Assembly (NCBI GenBank): GCA_002269645.1
Contig: NIVC01001849.1
Location: 144,235-208,234 of the forward strand
Origin: Macrostomum lignano
Taxonomy: Eukaryota
Direction: 5' to 3'
DNA: 64,000 nt
In this document: positions 46,875 to 64,000 of the stretch, one piece after another
Position numbering within the stretch: the first letter of the stretch is position 1
Layout: every line of letters starts with the position of its first letter
Translations under genes and position numbers: made by a program
Notes under the pieces: generated by a model
Databases searched by the model: none
What the model was told of the DNA's origin: nothing
The model's input: the letters and a program-made list of their open reading frames with translations, nothing else

Positions 46875-49800
46875 ATGCGTAATGCACCAATGCGTAATGC
46901 ACCAACGCGTAATGCACCCATGTATAGAGCACCAATGCGTAATGCACCTGTAAACAGCGCGTCTCCCATCGCGCTATCTCCTAATATGTTTGAGTTATTG
47001 GCGTCAGAGCCCAGTGAGTCAGATGCAAAAGCATCAGCATCCGAGTTGACAAAGTCCCCAGTGACTAAGCCAGCAAATGCAAAGCAGAAGGCGAGAAAAT
47101 CTCGCAAAGCGAAATATCGAGAAGCTAAGAAAGCAGCTGAGAAAGCAAAAGTTGATTTGATAAGCGAGAAAAGTAGCGAAGCAATTGTCTTTGGAGACGT
47201 TGAAGGTCAAGAAATTGACTTCTTGCTTGACACCGGAGCCGGAAACTGCTTCCTGAGCAAGTCAGTATGGTCCAAGGTGATCAAGACAGAGCAAATCCGA
47301 GAAACCAATAAGAGAGTTACCACATTTGATGGTTCCTCAGTGCAGCTAGAAGGAGAAGCTAGTGTGTCTGTAACCTTTGGAGATATTCAAATTAATACCA
47401 GCTTTTTGCTGTGCAGCTATGAATGTGATAACATTCTTGGCATGGACTTCTTCCTTTCCCACTGTAAGAGCATTGATTTAGACAATGGCATGCTTGTACT
47501 AAAAAGAGGCCTCTGTGTGCCTATGCAGTACACTCGCCAAGCAGTTAGAATTTGCCGAGTTTATACTCGAGAAAAGGCAGTAGTACCTGCTAATAGTGCA
47601 TTGAGAGTTCCCATTAGGCTAGCGAAAGACCATGAGCTCAATCATGGCACTCCTATGACAGTAGAAGTGATCGGAGAAGGCGTGAGAGCCAAGGAATTGA
47701 CAGTAGAGATGGTTCCGACATTGGTCACCATGAGAGACGGCAGTGCCATCGTGGAGATCGTGAATCGACACTCTGTCGACGTGAGACTGCCGAAGTCGAC
47801 ATTGATTGGTCTGGCCAAGCCCATGAGAGCCAAGGACCTCGTCTACTGGTCAGCATCGCCTTCCGCCGCCGAATCAGCTTCGCCGACAATTGCCGAAGAT
47901 GCCACAACCCGCCGGACGTGTCAATCAAGCTCAGGCAACTGAAGATGCTTGGGTGAGCGAAATTAGTATTGGTGCCAATTTATCTGAAAGTCAGCGAAAA
48001 GCAGTAATTGATCTCGTGAGAGAGAATAGAGAAGCATTTTCCCAGCATGATTTAGACATGGGATTGACTCATCTAGTCACTCATGAAATTTCCCTGAAGA
48101 CGAGACCCCTGTTAGAATCCCTACCCGCCGCATCCCCCCTCATCTCCAAAAGCAAGTCGACGCCCAGCTAGACGACATGCTAGCCAAGAATCTCATTCGC
48201 CCCTGCTATTCTACCTATTCTACCCCATTAGTCATTGTGCCAAAGAAGGATGGCACCATCCGAATAGTGAGTGATTTCCGAGTGCTCAACTCTAGAGTTA
48301 ACTATTTTCCCTATCCCCTCCCCAATATTCAAGAAACTTTTTCTAATCTTACTGGCAGTAGGTACTTTAGTAGTTTAGATCTTAACTCAGGTTATTGGCA
48401 AGTGCCTATAAAGGAAGAGCATAAGTTCATGACCGCGTTCTCTACTTTGACGCGAGGACAGTTTGAGTACCAGGTTATGGCGCAAGGGTTATCCAACGCG
48501 CCCGGTACATTTCAAAGACTGATGAACTTAGTGCTAGCCGGAATCCAGCATAAGTTTGCAATGTCGTATATTGACGATATAGTTACTTACTCGAAGCAAT
48601 TTGAGGAGCATTTATCCCATCTAAGAGAGGTGTTTCAGAGATTGATCACCGCAGGTTTAAAGTTGAGAGCGAAAAAGTGCAACTTATTTCACTCTGAACT
48701 CAAGTATCTAGGCCATGTGATAGGTAGAGATGGCATTCGCACAGACGAAGCCAAGATTGAAGCCATTAGAACCTGGCCAAAGCCAAAGGAAGTAAAGGAA
48801 TTGAGAAGCTTTTAGGATTGTGCAATTACTACAGCAGATTTGTCAAAAATTATGCTGAAGTAGCGCATCCTCTTTTCCAACTGACTCGTAAGGGAGTTCA
48901 AAACTTCCAAGCAAAATGGACAGCAAAGCATGATGAAGCGTTTGAGCTATTGAAAACCCGTATGATGAGTACTGACGTGTTAGCATACCCTGAGTTCATA
49001 GACAATGAGAAGGTGAAGATGGTTCTCGATGTAGACGCCAGTGATGGACGCATAGGTGCCTGTTTGGGACAAATCCAATCAGACGGTGTCGAGAGACCAA
49101 TCGCCTACTTTAGTCGCGCTATGAAGGAGTCAGAAAACGCTATCCCATAACTCGCAAGGAGTTGCTAGCTCTAGTAGATGCCATGAGGCATTTCCGCTTC
49201 TATCTAATAGGAAAGAAATTTCTAGCTAGGACCGACCATAAGGCTATACTTTGGTTATTAAGGCAGACAGAAGCCCAGGGCATTTTAGGCAGATGGATTG
49301 AGCGCCTCAACGAGTTTCAATTTGAAATCGAGCATAGGAGTGGCGCGAAACATTCAAATGCCGATAGCTTGTCCCGAAGGCCAGCCGAGGCTGCCCAGCC
49401 AGATTGTAAAGCCAATGAGAAGGCGGAAGCCGAGAAAAGAGTCAAGAGATAAGCAAAATCACCAGCAAAGGCGTAAGAGCCGAAGTGAACCAAGAGATAA
49501 GAACTGATAAAGAGGAGTTTATCCCCAGCGAACGCGTGTGTGCAAAGCAGAACCAGAATGGGAAGGCTAAGGACAGCATAAGCGATCTGACCCAGCCCCC
49601 ACTGAGCTGAGAGAAGGAGAGACCAACCCCCCTGAGCCACAGAGGAATAAAATAGTCTCTGGTGAGAAGAGTGTAAGGATTGACAGTGTGAAAACACAGA
49701 GCTCCTGCATTATGCAATCGAGCAGAGTCACCCCACAATCTGAGCACAGTGAGGAGTATGGCACGCTGAAGGTTGGAGCATTATTAGTTGACTTCCTACC

Positions 49801-51155
49801 CAACCCCCTGCGGAGAGAGCAGATCGTTAATGCCCAGCGAGAAGACCCCAATATTAGTACTTTGCTAAATTGCAAACTCGAAGGAAAGGAACCCCCCGCC
49901 GAGCAAAAGAGCATTAGCTCAGAATTAAGGCAGTTGAGCAAATTTTACGAGAAAATGAAAATCGAAAGCGATATGCTTGTTATTGAAGAAGAAGGAGTAA
50001 GCAAAATTGTGTTGCCAGTGTCACTGGACAAATTAGTGCTGGCTGATCTACACGATAGCCCACTAGCAGGACACTTGGGCCGTGACAAGACAGTGCAAAG
50101 AGTTAGGGAGAGATTTTGGAGACCCGGCTTAGTGACAGCCATTGAGAAGTACATATCTGAGTGTATTCCGTGTTTGGAAAGCAAAAGAGGATGCCCTGTT
50201 CAGGCTCCAGTGCAGTCATTCCCAGTCAACGAGGCATTCCACCGCCTGCATATCGATATCATAGGCCCCATCTCGAAAGAAAGCAAGAGAGGCCATAGAT
50301 ATGTGCTGACTGTAATTGATAGTACTACCCGCTACCCATTCGCGTTCCCGATCCGTAATCAGAAGTCTGATACCGTGATCAAGATCTTACAGGAGCGAAT
50401 TTTCAGTGAATATGGTCAATGCCATTGGATACATACTGACAATGGGAAAACCTTCACAAGCAGACAGTTTAAAGCGTTTTGCGATACAATGTCAAGCACA
50501 CCTGTACCACCCCGTACCATGCCCAAAGTAATGGCTTGGTAGAGAGGTTTAACAAGCAAGTGAAATCCATCATTACCTGTTTAATTAAAAGGACCATAGC
50601 AATTGGGATTTAATGATCCCAGCAGCGCTTGTTGCAGTGCGCACTAGTGTGAATCAAACCACAGGCTATTCACCCCATTTCCTGTTATTCGGAAGGGAGC
50701 CAGTTTTGCCACTAGACAGTCAAATTCGCCAGCCAAATCAGTACTCAGGCTATCCAGCCTATGTCGCAGATCATGCCGAAAGGCTAGAAATTGCCAGAAA
50801 AATCGTGAGAGATAAGCTCGAGAAAGTTGCTGATAATAGAAAGAATATTGCTGAAACAGCCAAGCAGCCTAAGGAAGTACCAGTAGGGAGTTTAGCGCTA
50901 ATAAATAACCCGCAGTTAGACAATGAGGAGTCTAACAAATTTCACAGAAAGAAGAGAGCCGCCTATAGAGTGATTGAACAGATCTCAGATGTAGTGTTTA
51001 GAGTGCAGAGAGAGGAAGATGGTGAGCTTGTAGGGAATAAATTATTAGTGCATAGGGACAATTTAACACTAGTTCCTAATTCGACCGCGAATTGCCAATT
51101 AAGGGAAGCCAGCAGGAGAGCACCGGAAGAAAAATCAGTCAAGGAGGGAACCTAA
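46875..51155 (+). CDS. pol: Gypsy pol: protease, RT, RNase H, integrase (several frameshifts)
   Basis: FLLDTGA; PLVIVPKKDG, YWQV, QGLSNAPGTFQR, YIDD; DVDASDG, ARTDHKA; H-H-C-C zinc motif, LHIDIIGP, IHTDNG, GLVERFN. Confidence 0.92.
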
Positions 51156-51554
51156 AGCTAAGGGAAGCCACCCGCCGAGGAAGCATAAGGAGGTAGTGAT
51201 TAGTGAAGAGTCTGAGTCTGACACTGAATCTGAAGATGAACGAGTGCAATGGCAATGCCAACTGAGAGAATCCGAAACGGAACCAGCAACTGAGAGCGAA
51301 GATGAGAGCCAAGAGTCAGAGAGTGCAGTAGAAGAAGAAGGAATAATGAGCAATGCAGAAGACGCCAGAGAGAACAATGAGATTGAGCATGAGCACGAGG
51401 AAGCTAATTCAGAGAGGAGATACAATACACGCAGGCAGGTCAGGCCCCCCAAGTGCTATTGTTGCTTGAAGCGGCTGGCCACTGTGCTGTCTTTGTTGAA
51501 CAATCTCAGTTTCTGAGTGGAGGAGAAGGAAGGAAGGAGAAGGAGGAGTGAGAG

Positions 51555-51772
51555 CCAATGAGAGGAGGCGTAGAAGTGAAGGGATTTCGAGGCCGTGGAT
51601 AGGAGGAGAGAGGCGAAGAGACCGACAGCCAATAAGGAAGAATCATCAGCCAATGAGAGAAGACCTGCCATTTAAACAAATAATTGTTTGTTTGAATAAG
51701 CTTGAAACATGATGCCCCCCAAAGTGGAATGTTTGCAAACCTATATAAGCGAGATCCCTGACGCAATCAGTT
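51555..51772 (+). promoter_or_regulatory. Putative internal Pol II promoter for the Gypsy extra ORF
   Basis: AGCCAAT at 51555, 51629 and 51650; TATATAA at 51742-51748; TCAGTT initiator at 51767-51772; ATG at 51843. Confidence 0.6.
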
Positions 51773-51842
51773 CCTCATCCTCAACAGAGCAATAAGGCAG
51801 CAATTAAGTAGCAATAAAGAAGCAGTCAAGAGCAAATCCGTT

Positions 51843-53201
51843 ATGGATAAAGAAAACGAAGAGTTAAATATTTTAGCAGACGGTAGTGAATTTGACGATC
51901 TATTAAAAGAGCTTGAAGGGCCTTGGCCCATGCAGCAAGATGAGCAAACTGAGCAACCAGAGCCAGAGCGTTCAGCGCAGCAAAACGAGCAAGAACAGCT
52001 AGCTGAGGCCCGTCGCAGCCGCCTGCTACGCAGCAGCCTGCTCCGACGCTGGCACCGCCGTCAGAGCCATTACGGGAGCGTCAGCCAGCTGACCTGCCCG
52101 GGCCCTCGCAGCCACCGGAGCCCTCCACCAAGCCAAAGCGACCTGCTGCAGAAACGGATCAGGGTACACAAGCGAAGAGGCCGGCCCCGTCAAGGCTGCC
52201 AGTGTCCCAGGATCCGGCAGCAAGACAGGAGCTCGTTAGAGTGAAGTCGGTGCAGTCCGTGGTGGTAAAACCGACGGTTATGCAGAGGCACCCGGCTGGC
52301 GCGCGGCCCACACTGATGTTAGCTGCCCCGCCTCAGCAGCAGCGGCCGGCTCAGCGGTCGCAGCCTCGACGTGTGGCGTCGCGAGCAGAAGTCCGACAGC
52401 AGCTGCCAGTGCACCGCAGGCTGGCTCCGCGGCCGCCGCCGCAGCAGCGCCGGCAGTCGCCGCCGCAGCGCCGCCACCAGTCTCCGCCACGGCACCGCCA
52501 CCAGTCGCCGCCGCAGCGCCGCCACCAGTCTCCGCCGCGCACATCAGCAGCCACCGCCGTCTCAGCACATCAGCAGCCACCGCCGTCTCAGCACATCAGC
52601 AGCCACCGCCGTCTCAGCCTCATCAGCAGCCACCGCCGTCTCAGCACCATCAGCAGCCACCGCCGTCTCAGCACATCAGCAGCCACCGCCGTCTCAGCAT
52701 CATCAGCAGCCACCGCCGTCTCAGCATCATCAGCAGCCGCCACCGCAGACTGCAGTGCCACCACAGGCGTCAACCTGCCGTGCAGCTGCAAGTTATTTGT
52801 TCGCCCCCGGCAACCAAGACATCCAAAGGCTTGCTGCGATGGGCGCCGACTTCAGCGCCATCATGGACGGTTTGTCGCCAGAACAGCAGGCAAGAATGAA
52901 GCGACTGATTGCTGCCCTGAAGGAGTATCTAATGCGAATCGGCCACTTGCGGTTGGACCGGCCGCTGCCACAGCGGGCCCAGGTCCGGCCAGCCTGCATT
53001 GTGCTTCGCCAAGAATTCACGCCTGAGCAAGCTGTCGCGGCTTGGCGCCGCGCCGTGAATTACGTACTTCATGACCTGAATGCGGCTGGCCAGCCGTACT
53101 TTCGCACGCTGCTTATCATCGAGATTAAGTGGCTCGCCGAGCAAGTCGGATGGCCTCTACGCGACCTTTTGCCGGACGAATTTAATCTGAATGATAATTA
53201 G
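51843..53201 (+). CDS. Extra ORF (ORF3) of the Gypsy element: acidic N-terminus, P/Q/R low-complexity repeats, small helical C-terminal domain; frameshifted
   Basis: Pieces 51843..~52010, a frame change to ~52550, then back to ..53201; QRRHQSPP and HHQQPPPSQ repeats; no signal peptide or TM segment. Confidence 0.65.
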
Positions 53202-55233
53202 GTGACTATAATTGAACTGTCATGTACTGTTATTTTTTTTCGCATTGCATGCATACCTATTTAGCCTTCACTAATTTGCATGGATACTTATTTAGCCAAA
53301 ATTCTTGTGTGCTCAACTTTGTGCAACTTTATATTTAGCCAAACATCTTTTTGTACGCTCAACTTCGTGCCATTTTAATAATAGCCAACCTTGCTCAATT
53401 CTTCCACTAACTATATTACTGATATTACCATGTTGTGTGCTGTTTTAATGTTTTAGTGTCAGCCAATTTTATCTAGTGCCTACGTTTTGTGATTAAAAGC
53501 CCCTTTTGCACTTTAACTACACATTTATTCACTCACTAGTTTATTCATAAATATGTAGAAGGGAAGCCAGTTGAGGCAGGCCCGATGTGTTTAATATTCA
53601 CGTAACCATGATTTTAAATTTCGCCAAACTACGCTTAACAACGCATTTTTGTTAGAACGAAATCTTTGTTTTAATGGGTTTGTTTTATTCGGGAAAATTA
53701 TTTTGTTAAACCGCTATAAAGAAATTTGTTTATTCACGACCCGCGCACCCCACCTCCCCCTTTTTGAGACTATAAATACAAGCGATTGCGGGCAATTTCC
53801 CCTTTGCCCGCCGTTTCCTCGATTCGGTCAAGAAAAGCAAAACGTGTTGTCTTAGTCACTGGAAAGCAAGACAGGAGAAAAAGCTGTAAGAGGCCAGAAA
53901 AGCCGTAAGAGGCCAAGAAAGCTGTGAGAAGCCAGAAAAGCCGTAAGAGGCCAAGAAAAACTGTAAGAAGCCAGAAAAAGCCGTAAGAGGCCAGGAAAGC
54001 TGTGAGAAGCCAGAAATAGACGGTTGACGAGTCGGGCAACTCCTTCCCAGGGAGCCCGCAACTAAATATAGGGAATTAATAGTAGTAATAATAATAGTAG
54101 TGAGATTCATAATTACATGTAGACCAGTGTTTGCCGCTCGACACTGCTACCAGGGCGCCTTGCATAGATTCAAGGAGTCCTTAGATTAGAATTCTAGACT
54201 TGATATTTTCTAAGAAGCAGCAATTGACTAAGCAATTTTATGGAGTAATAACTATCTTAATTTACAACAACTTGGTAACAGCAGTGGGATTTTAGCAGAC
54301 AGAAATATCCCCTGCGACAACTTGGTGACATCGGTAGGATAGTCTACAATTTAGTTAAACACCCCCTGGTACACTAGCTAAACTATAGCCAGCCTGGCCT
54401 AGCATATCAGGCCTTCTATATTAAATCTCTCTAATAAAAAAATTAAATTTGTATTGCCATAGCATATCTCATGTCATACAAACATGATAACAAGATGCTA
54501 AGTTTGAGAATGGACACTCATTCATAATATAGGCCCATACTCAATTATATTTATATATCCATACTCCAACCAAGTTCCCTAATAAGTGGTTTCATCCACT
54601 GAAATTCATTGATACAGCTGTTGTAGGCATTCAAAATACATGTCTACTGTGTACCACCTATGCTATTAAACCTAAGGTCTAAGCCCTGTATAGAGATAGA
54701 ATAAACACATGAAATTTTCTAAATGTAAATGTCTTTTATGATTTGTAAATCATAATCCACTATTTAACTTTAAATTTGTAAGTAAACTTAGCTATGTATG
54801 CCATTTTAGGAAATAGTTCATGTTAATCTAAGTGACTCTGTCAGATAAAAATGAGATTCAAACTTTTAAATAAAATTAAATAGGGCCTATATAGGCCTAG
54901 TAAGGTGGGTAGGCCTATCTAGTAGTATAAGCTAGCCTACTTTTGTTTTTGCAATTAAAAGGGTAGTTTTAGTCAATTGCAGAAGTGTTGTCATTTGGAT
55001 TCCATAACTTCAAAGAACTATGTATTTATAGATATTGTATATATTGATTTCAATTGCTTACATTTCTTCCCTGGACAAAGATTTCCCTTAACCAAATTAT
55101 CCTAGGGCCTACTCCACCCTAGTCTCTAGGCCTAATCAATGTTATATTTTGCATCTTCTATTGAGAAATCTAACTCACTGCTTATGCCTATCTTTATCAG
55201 CTTATCACCTATTATTACAGCTATCCATTGTTA

Positions 55234-58128
55234 ATGCCATTTAAGTGCGGCATTCCCAACTGCAAAGGCAACTATTTGACTGGTCCAAAGGTTGCTGTTT
55301 ATAGCTTTCCAAAGGACAAAGCAGATTGTGATGCCTGGATGATGGCTTTGCCCACTTCAGTTAAGGTACATGTGTTGTTATAATATATATATTATCTTAT
55401 GCACTATTATTAAGTTTGGTCAAGCAAGTGTGCATTTAAATTTCATAGGTGACCACAATAAAAAAGATTTGTGCCCAACACTGGCCTGAAAATGCTCGGA
55501 TGATAAAAGTAAAGCGTTTTCTGCGACCAGTTGATCCTCCAAGTATCTTTTCATCTGTCCCTATCAGTGCAGTACGCCAAACTGTGCCAAGTAAGATCTG
55601 ATTCATCTGACTTATGCTATGCTATTCATTAATAATATCCTTTTGGATGTGGGTCTATTGTTACTAACCATAATTTATATTTAGGATCATCCAGGGAGGT
55701 TTCTCAACGTTGTGTGCTTCTGAGCGAGCGAGCTGCTATTCCAGATGAATTAGAAGAATTCAATGCTCAGGACCGCATCAGTTCATGGCAGACTTTTACT
55801 GAGCAGGTTCCCAAACTAGCCTGTGTTGTTACTGACAACTGGCTTGTGCAGCAAAAGTCAGATCGAGTGAACTTGATGATTGTAACTGAACGAACAGTCG
55901 AGGTGTCTATTACCATCAGAAGCAACTTTGCAGCTGAAGCACACCGACGCAATACCCCTGTCAGCATTTCTGATCTGCTTGGCTTTCAACACCGAATGGA
56001 GCGGTTCAGCCAGTTGGAGGCAGTTTTGAATAGGGTGAGGCATGCCGAGTTTACTCAGTCTGCTGAATTGGATAGCCATTTGCAGGCGTTGCAAGCTACT
56101 ACTGGTTCAACCAGCTACAGTCCTCAGCAGTTGTTTCTTCTCAGACAGCTAAAACTAAGTTCGCTTAATCCCAACGGAATCCGATACACTTCTGAGGACA
56201 TCATGACTGCAGCCAGGTTCTATTTTGCCGGGAGAGGAGCTTATAAAACTTTGAGAGAGTACACCTGTTTGCCTCACCCATCTACACTCAAGCGGCACAT
56301 TGGTGGTCTTGGCAGTGTTGGGTCAGACAGTGACTGCCAGTCGATTGTGCAGTCACATCTTGAAAACTGTAGCCCATTGCAGCGGTACTGCATCATTCTA
56401 TTCGATGAAGTGTATGTCAAGCCGTCGCTACGATTCAGTGGCTGTCATACCATTGGGTATTCAGAGGATGCTCCCCGTCAAATTGCTCGTACTGTTTTGG
56501 CGCTGATGGTAAAGTCGTTCATGGGCGGTCCCGCTTATGTTGCACGGCTGATACCCATTTACAGCTTGCAACCAGCCTTCCTGTACGACCAAGTAGTGCA
56601 TCTCGTCCAACTAATACATCAGCTAGGGGGCACAGTTGTCAGTCTAATTTGTGACAACCACTTCACCAATCGCAACTGCTTCCAACTGTTGCAAGGGGAT
56701 TCTGCTGTTCCCTGGTTGGCGAAGAATCCAGCTGATCCCGATCAGCCGCTGTTCCTGCTGTACGACCCAGTACACTTGATGAAGAACATCCGGAACAACT
56801 GGCTGACGCAGTCTTTTTGTGAGATCGACTTTCAGCCAGTGATTGGAGAGCCAGTCAAGCGGGCTAAGTGGAACGAAATCACCAGGCTTGAGGAAGCTTC
56901 TCGAAATCATATTGTACGGACGACACGTCTTAATCCAGTCGCGTGCCGCCCCTCTCCTCTTGAGAGACAGAAAGTTTCGCTGGTGCTTGATGTATTCCAC
57001 GAGAAAACAGTTGCAGCATTACAGCTGAATGGCTATTCTGAGACTGCCGACTTCGTCGAGCGCGTTCTCAACTTTTGGACAGTTGTAAACGTAAAGTCAC
57101 CAGAGTCCCACATTCGTCTGAATGACATTCGGCGAGCCCCAATTAGCAGCACCAACTCAAGTGCAATTCAGGAGCTGCTCAGTTTTGCAGCTGTCGTTGA
57201 TCGCATGCCAGGTGGTAGGGGTGCTAGCCGCCCTCGATCGCTGACTACTGAGACACGCAAGGCTATCCATCAGACTGCGAACGGCCTGGCTGATTTGTCT
57301 AGACATTTGCTGATGAAAGTAGGGTTTTCGTACGTGTTGCTCGGTACGTAGTATTATTCACTACTCCCTGTTTCCCGTAACATTACGGGAATTTTTTGGT
57401 ATTGTTATTGCCATAATAAATTGACACTCAATAAATATGACCTGCATACCCAGGCACTAACTTCAAAAATTTTTAGGTGAGCTGCAGACTGACCGGCTTG
57501 AGGGGAGTTTTCTATTTATCGGCAAGGCCACGGCGGGTGTTATTATATATCCGTTGATCAAATTTTGGCCAGTGCGCGGCTACGCCGAATGCAACTTTAC
57601 AGTAAATTGGAGTTAGTCTGTGACGACCATCAACCGTTGGCCTGTTGCTCTGCTGAAATTTCGCAGGGAGACTGGAAAATTGTTGACAATCTCCCACAAC
57701 TGTCCGACAACATTTCTGACGCGGAGAATGCAGCGCTATATTTTATCAGTGGCTACGTGGCCTTTAAGGAAAAGCTCGACTGTCAGGCTGCTACGGTTTA
57801 CGAACCAGCCTGTAGCAGTGAATTCACTTCGCTTCTTTCACGAGGGAAGCTGTGTCACCCTCCTGAGTGGCTGGTGGTATTTGCTTGCCTATGCTACGCT
57901 TACTTCAACGCTGCAACACCTCGTTGCGTCAACTACTTCCGGTCTGTCTTTTTAATTGTTTTCGATGCGTTCATGGATGTCCAGCTGCAGTCGGGGCAAT
58001 TGACCCACGTATCTAGGCGTCTAGCAAATACCTTCTTTAAAGGATTGGTGCGACGCGAGTCACAGGCTGATGGACGTCCGCCCGATTCAAGTCAGCGGCG
58101 CTTGCGAAAGCTTGTGCCCTCAGGCTGA
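55234..58128 (+). mobile_element. THAP-domain P-element/THAP9-like transposase; join(55234..55365,55449..55590,55685..57343,57477..58128), 1-nt frameshift at the G run 57502-57505
   Basis: MPFKCGIPNC...YSFPKD...W / ICAQHW...P.IF (THAP); ILFDEVYVK, LICDN, YDPVHLMKNIRNNW, LQTDRLE..F..YRQ..GG.Y. Splice phases 0, 1, 1 are consistent. TIRs not identified. Confidence 0.88.
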
Positions 58129-60344
58129 GTAGTTCAGTATTTATAATGCAAGTTAATCTTGGTCTCTGCCATAATTGCCACTGTAGCGCTACATGTATTT
58201 TAGCACTCCCGCGCAGTTAAAGTGTATTGCGCTGAAATTGCTTAAAGTTTATTGTTTCTGCGCTACAACCAGTTTCTTTAGTTACGTTATTTAGTTAAGG
58301 TGATCGAGAATAAGATGTTTGGATCAGAATTCTAGGAATGACAAGACCAGGATTCAGATGAATATTTATGGAAGCAGCCTGTTATTTGTGGTTACTAGTT
58401 ACTATTTTACTAGTTAATACCTTCGCAACATTTTCCAGTTTTCTTGTGGCAAAAATGGTCCTTACATCGCTAGTATTTTGTTATATTTTTAAGCGTTTTT
58501 GATATTTCTATTCCGTGTTTTCTAGTTTAAGATCAAGGCCTTTATGTCCTTCCTTTGTTCGTGTGAGCTAGGTTGTTTCGTTGTGCTGTTTTTCTCTGTT
58601 GTGCGTTTTAGGAGTTTGTTTTGCATAATACTTCGACTATGTAGCATAGAAAAACATATTTTTTTATTTATTGAGCGAAAGATGGTTTTTAAGTATTGAC
58701 AATTTAGAATTTTCAGTTTTTCAGTTCAGGATCGCAGGCTGCAATTAGCCAGCTGCATTTTGTGCTTTATTGCTTGTAGTAGAGATCGTTTAGCTTGTGC
58801 TTTACAGTTTTTGTAAAGTTTTAGAAGTTTTCGTTTTGCATTTTTTAAATTATTATTTACATGTTTATTGTAGTTTGTAAATACAAATCACTTATTATTC
58901 TCTAGGTTTATTTCTTTCAAGTTTTATACAAAACTTTTCGCTACAGCTTCCTACAGCAGGTCTGCAGGATGCGATTGTCTTTGCGTTGTTTTTTTGTTAC
59001 TGTGTAGAGAATGAATGTATGCCTAGTTCTGAGTAATTAGTCATCTTGAGTAACTTTTAAAGAGCAGTAGGATCATCTTCATAGTGTCCTAGCTTCGTAG
59101 CTTTTGGAATTTCTAGGGGTACATGTCTCTACTGTACTTTTATTCCGCAAAAATGCTTTTAAAGCTACAAACTAATATTTTATATAAAACTGGAATAAAT
59201 TCTGGACAACCTGGTGAAAGAATCAGCTCTTTATCTGCAAAGAAAAAAAAATGGCAGCAGTTTGAAAAATCGGCCTTCAAAAAAATTTGTAACCCCTGTC
59301 CCAGTCAAGTCTTCAATGGCTTTTTTAACAATATGAATACATGTATTTATGGAAACTATCCATTTATACATTTTGTTATACTCGTACTCCTATTGTCGAT
59401 TGAACGTGAGTATTGGTTGTAGTCGCTGTGATTTCAACCCAATGTCTCCTTACAGTGTAAGGATAGTATGTGATAAATGTTTTTGTTATATTTTTATAGT
59501 TGTTTCTTGTTAAAATATGTGTAAAAAATGTTATACTTGTATGGTTTTTTTGGCTGGGCGTGCTTTTCGGCCCAGGCAGTTCGTATTATCCACATACCGT
59601 TTTGGCCCTTGCTGCAAAGAGAAGACTATAAGGTTCTCAAGATTTTAACCCCGATGTCTATTTACTTACGTAAATGTTTGACACAATTATCACACATTCG
59701 ATCGCTTTCAAACATGAAATTTGCTAATAAAAGAGCTAAGTACTTTCCCGCATAAATCTATGGTTTAGACAATGTTCGTGCTTTTTATTTTTTGAACTGA
59801 CAGAATGCTTTAAAAGAGTACGGTGAAAAGACATTTTGCTTTAATGTGATTGCCAGCTAGTTATGTGAAATCAAATGGATTCAAACTTTCAGAATATTTT
59901 CTTGTCTCTGATTGGTTTCTGACCTAACTTTCGGACCGAAAATTCCGAATGAAATTATAGAACATAGTAATACAATCGAAAAAAGATGACACTGAAACTT
60001 GCAACTATGTTCAGCTGCCTACTTCATTGTTTCAGCTTATGCAAAGTCTAAAGTATTTCAATGGTTGCTACAATCAAATTTGAGGGAAATAATATATTCT
60101 AGGACAATCAGAAATTTTTTGTTGATTCAAATTTTCGTGTATGCAAACACGAGCTAAGAATATGATATTGACAAGTAAACTTACTAGTAATGTACTCATA
60201 GCATTTGAAACGCTGTCCAAGGACATCTATTTTGCTGGTTGCATGGCACTAAGCTGGACCTTAGAGACGATACTAGTACAGGAACGGACGATTTTGAAAA
60301 TGTAACTCTAGTTACAAAATCAAAAGATATTCAATTAGCAGGAA

Positions 60345-64000
<3,656 letters not shown>

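Larger units (their letters stand above)
44886..54373 (+). mobile_element. Full-length Ty3/Gypsy LTR retrotransposon (~9.5 kb), very recent insertion
   Basis: LTRs 44886-45688 and 53572-54373 (TG..CA; only a 1-bp indel noticed). TSD CTAG at 44882-44885 and 54374-54377. PBS TGGTGGCAGCGG (tRNA-Leu) at 45692; PPT AGAAGGGAAG at 53557. Domain order PR-RT-RH-IN. Confidence 0.97.

Noticed and set aside
44848-59762. CATAGA..TCTATG as TIRs of the P-like element (with Gypsy nested inside)
   Set aside because: Only a 6-bp match, and the flanking 8-mers (TGAAATTA vs GTTTAGAC) are not a TSD.

Overview
Eukaryotic (invertebrate animal) genomic DNA, not prokaryotic. The GC3-rich short-intron genes and abundant minisatellites resemble a flatworm such as Macrostomum, but this is a guess. 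From left to right: an orphan terminal exon; RPL10 split by a minisatellite-filled intron; a ~40-kb array (4.5-44.5 kb) of about 15 Rho/Rac-family GTPase domains and 3 caspase domains (one degenerate); a young full-length Ty3/Gypsy element with an extra ORF; a THAP/P-element-type transposase; and the 3' part of an RNase H-containing LINE. The main result comes from tracing splice sites by hand, which joins ORFs that the six-frame track lists separately. Two genes (24125-28388 and 37284-44521) encode [degenerate Rho-like domain]-[atypical Rho-like domain]-[Tyr/Pro-rich linker]-[caspase with intact QACRG site]. A third gene (33244-35593) encodes a tandem double Rho-like protein, and a fourth, decayed GTPase+caspase copy lies at 30.2-32.5 kb. 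Every predicted junction is phase 2, and the caspase exons lack a usable start codon of their own. The left part of the array holds a canonical Rac1 and recently duplicated Rac/Rho-like cassettes that lost their CAAX boxes. Gene models are splice predictions and need transcript support. Several single-base frameshifts in homopolymers may be assembly errors.
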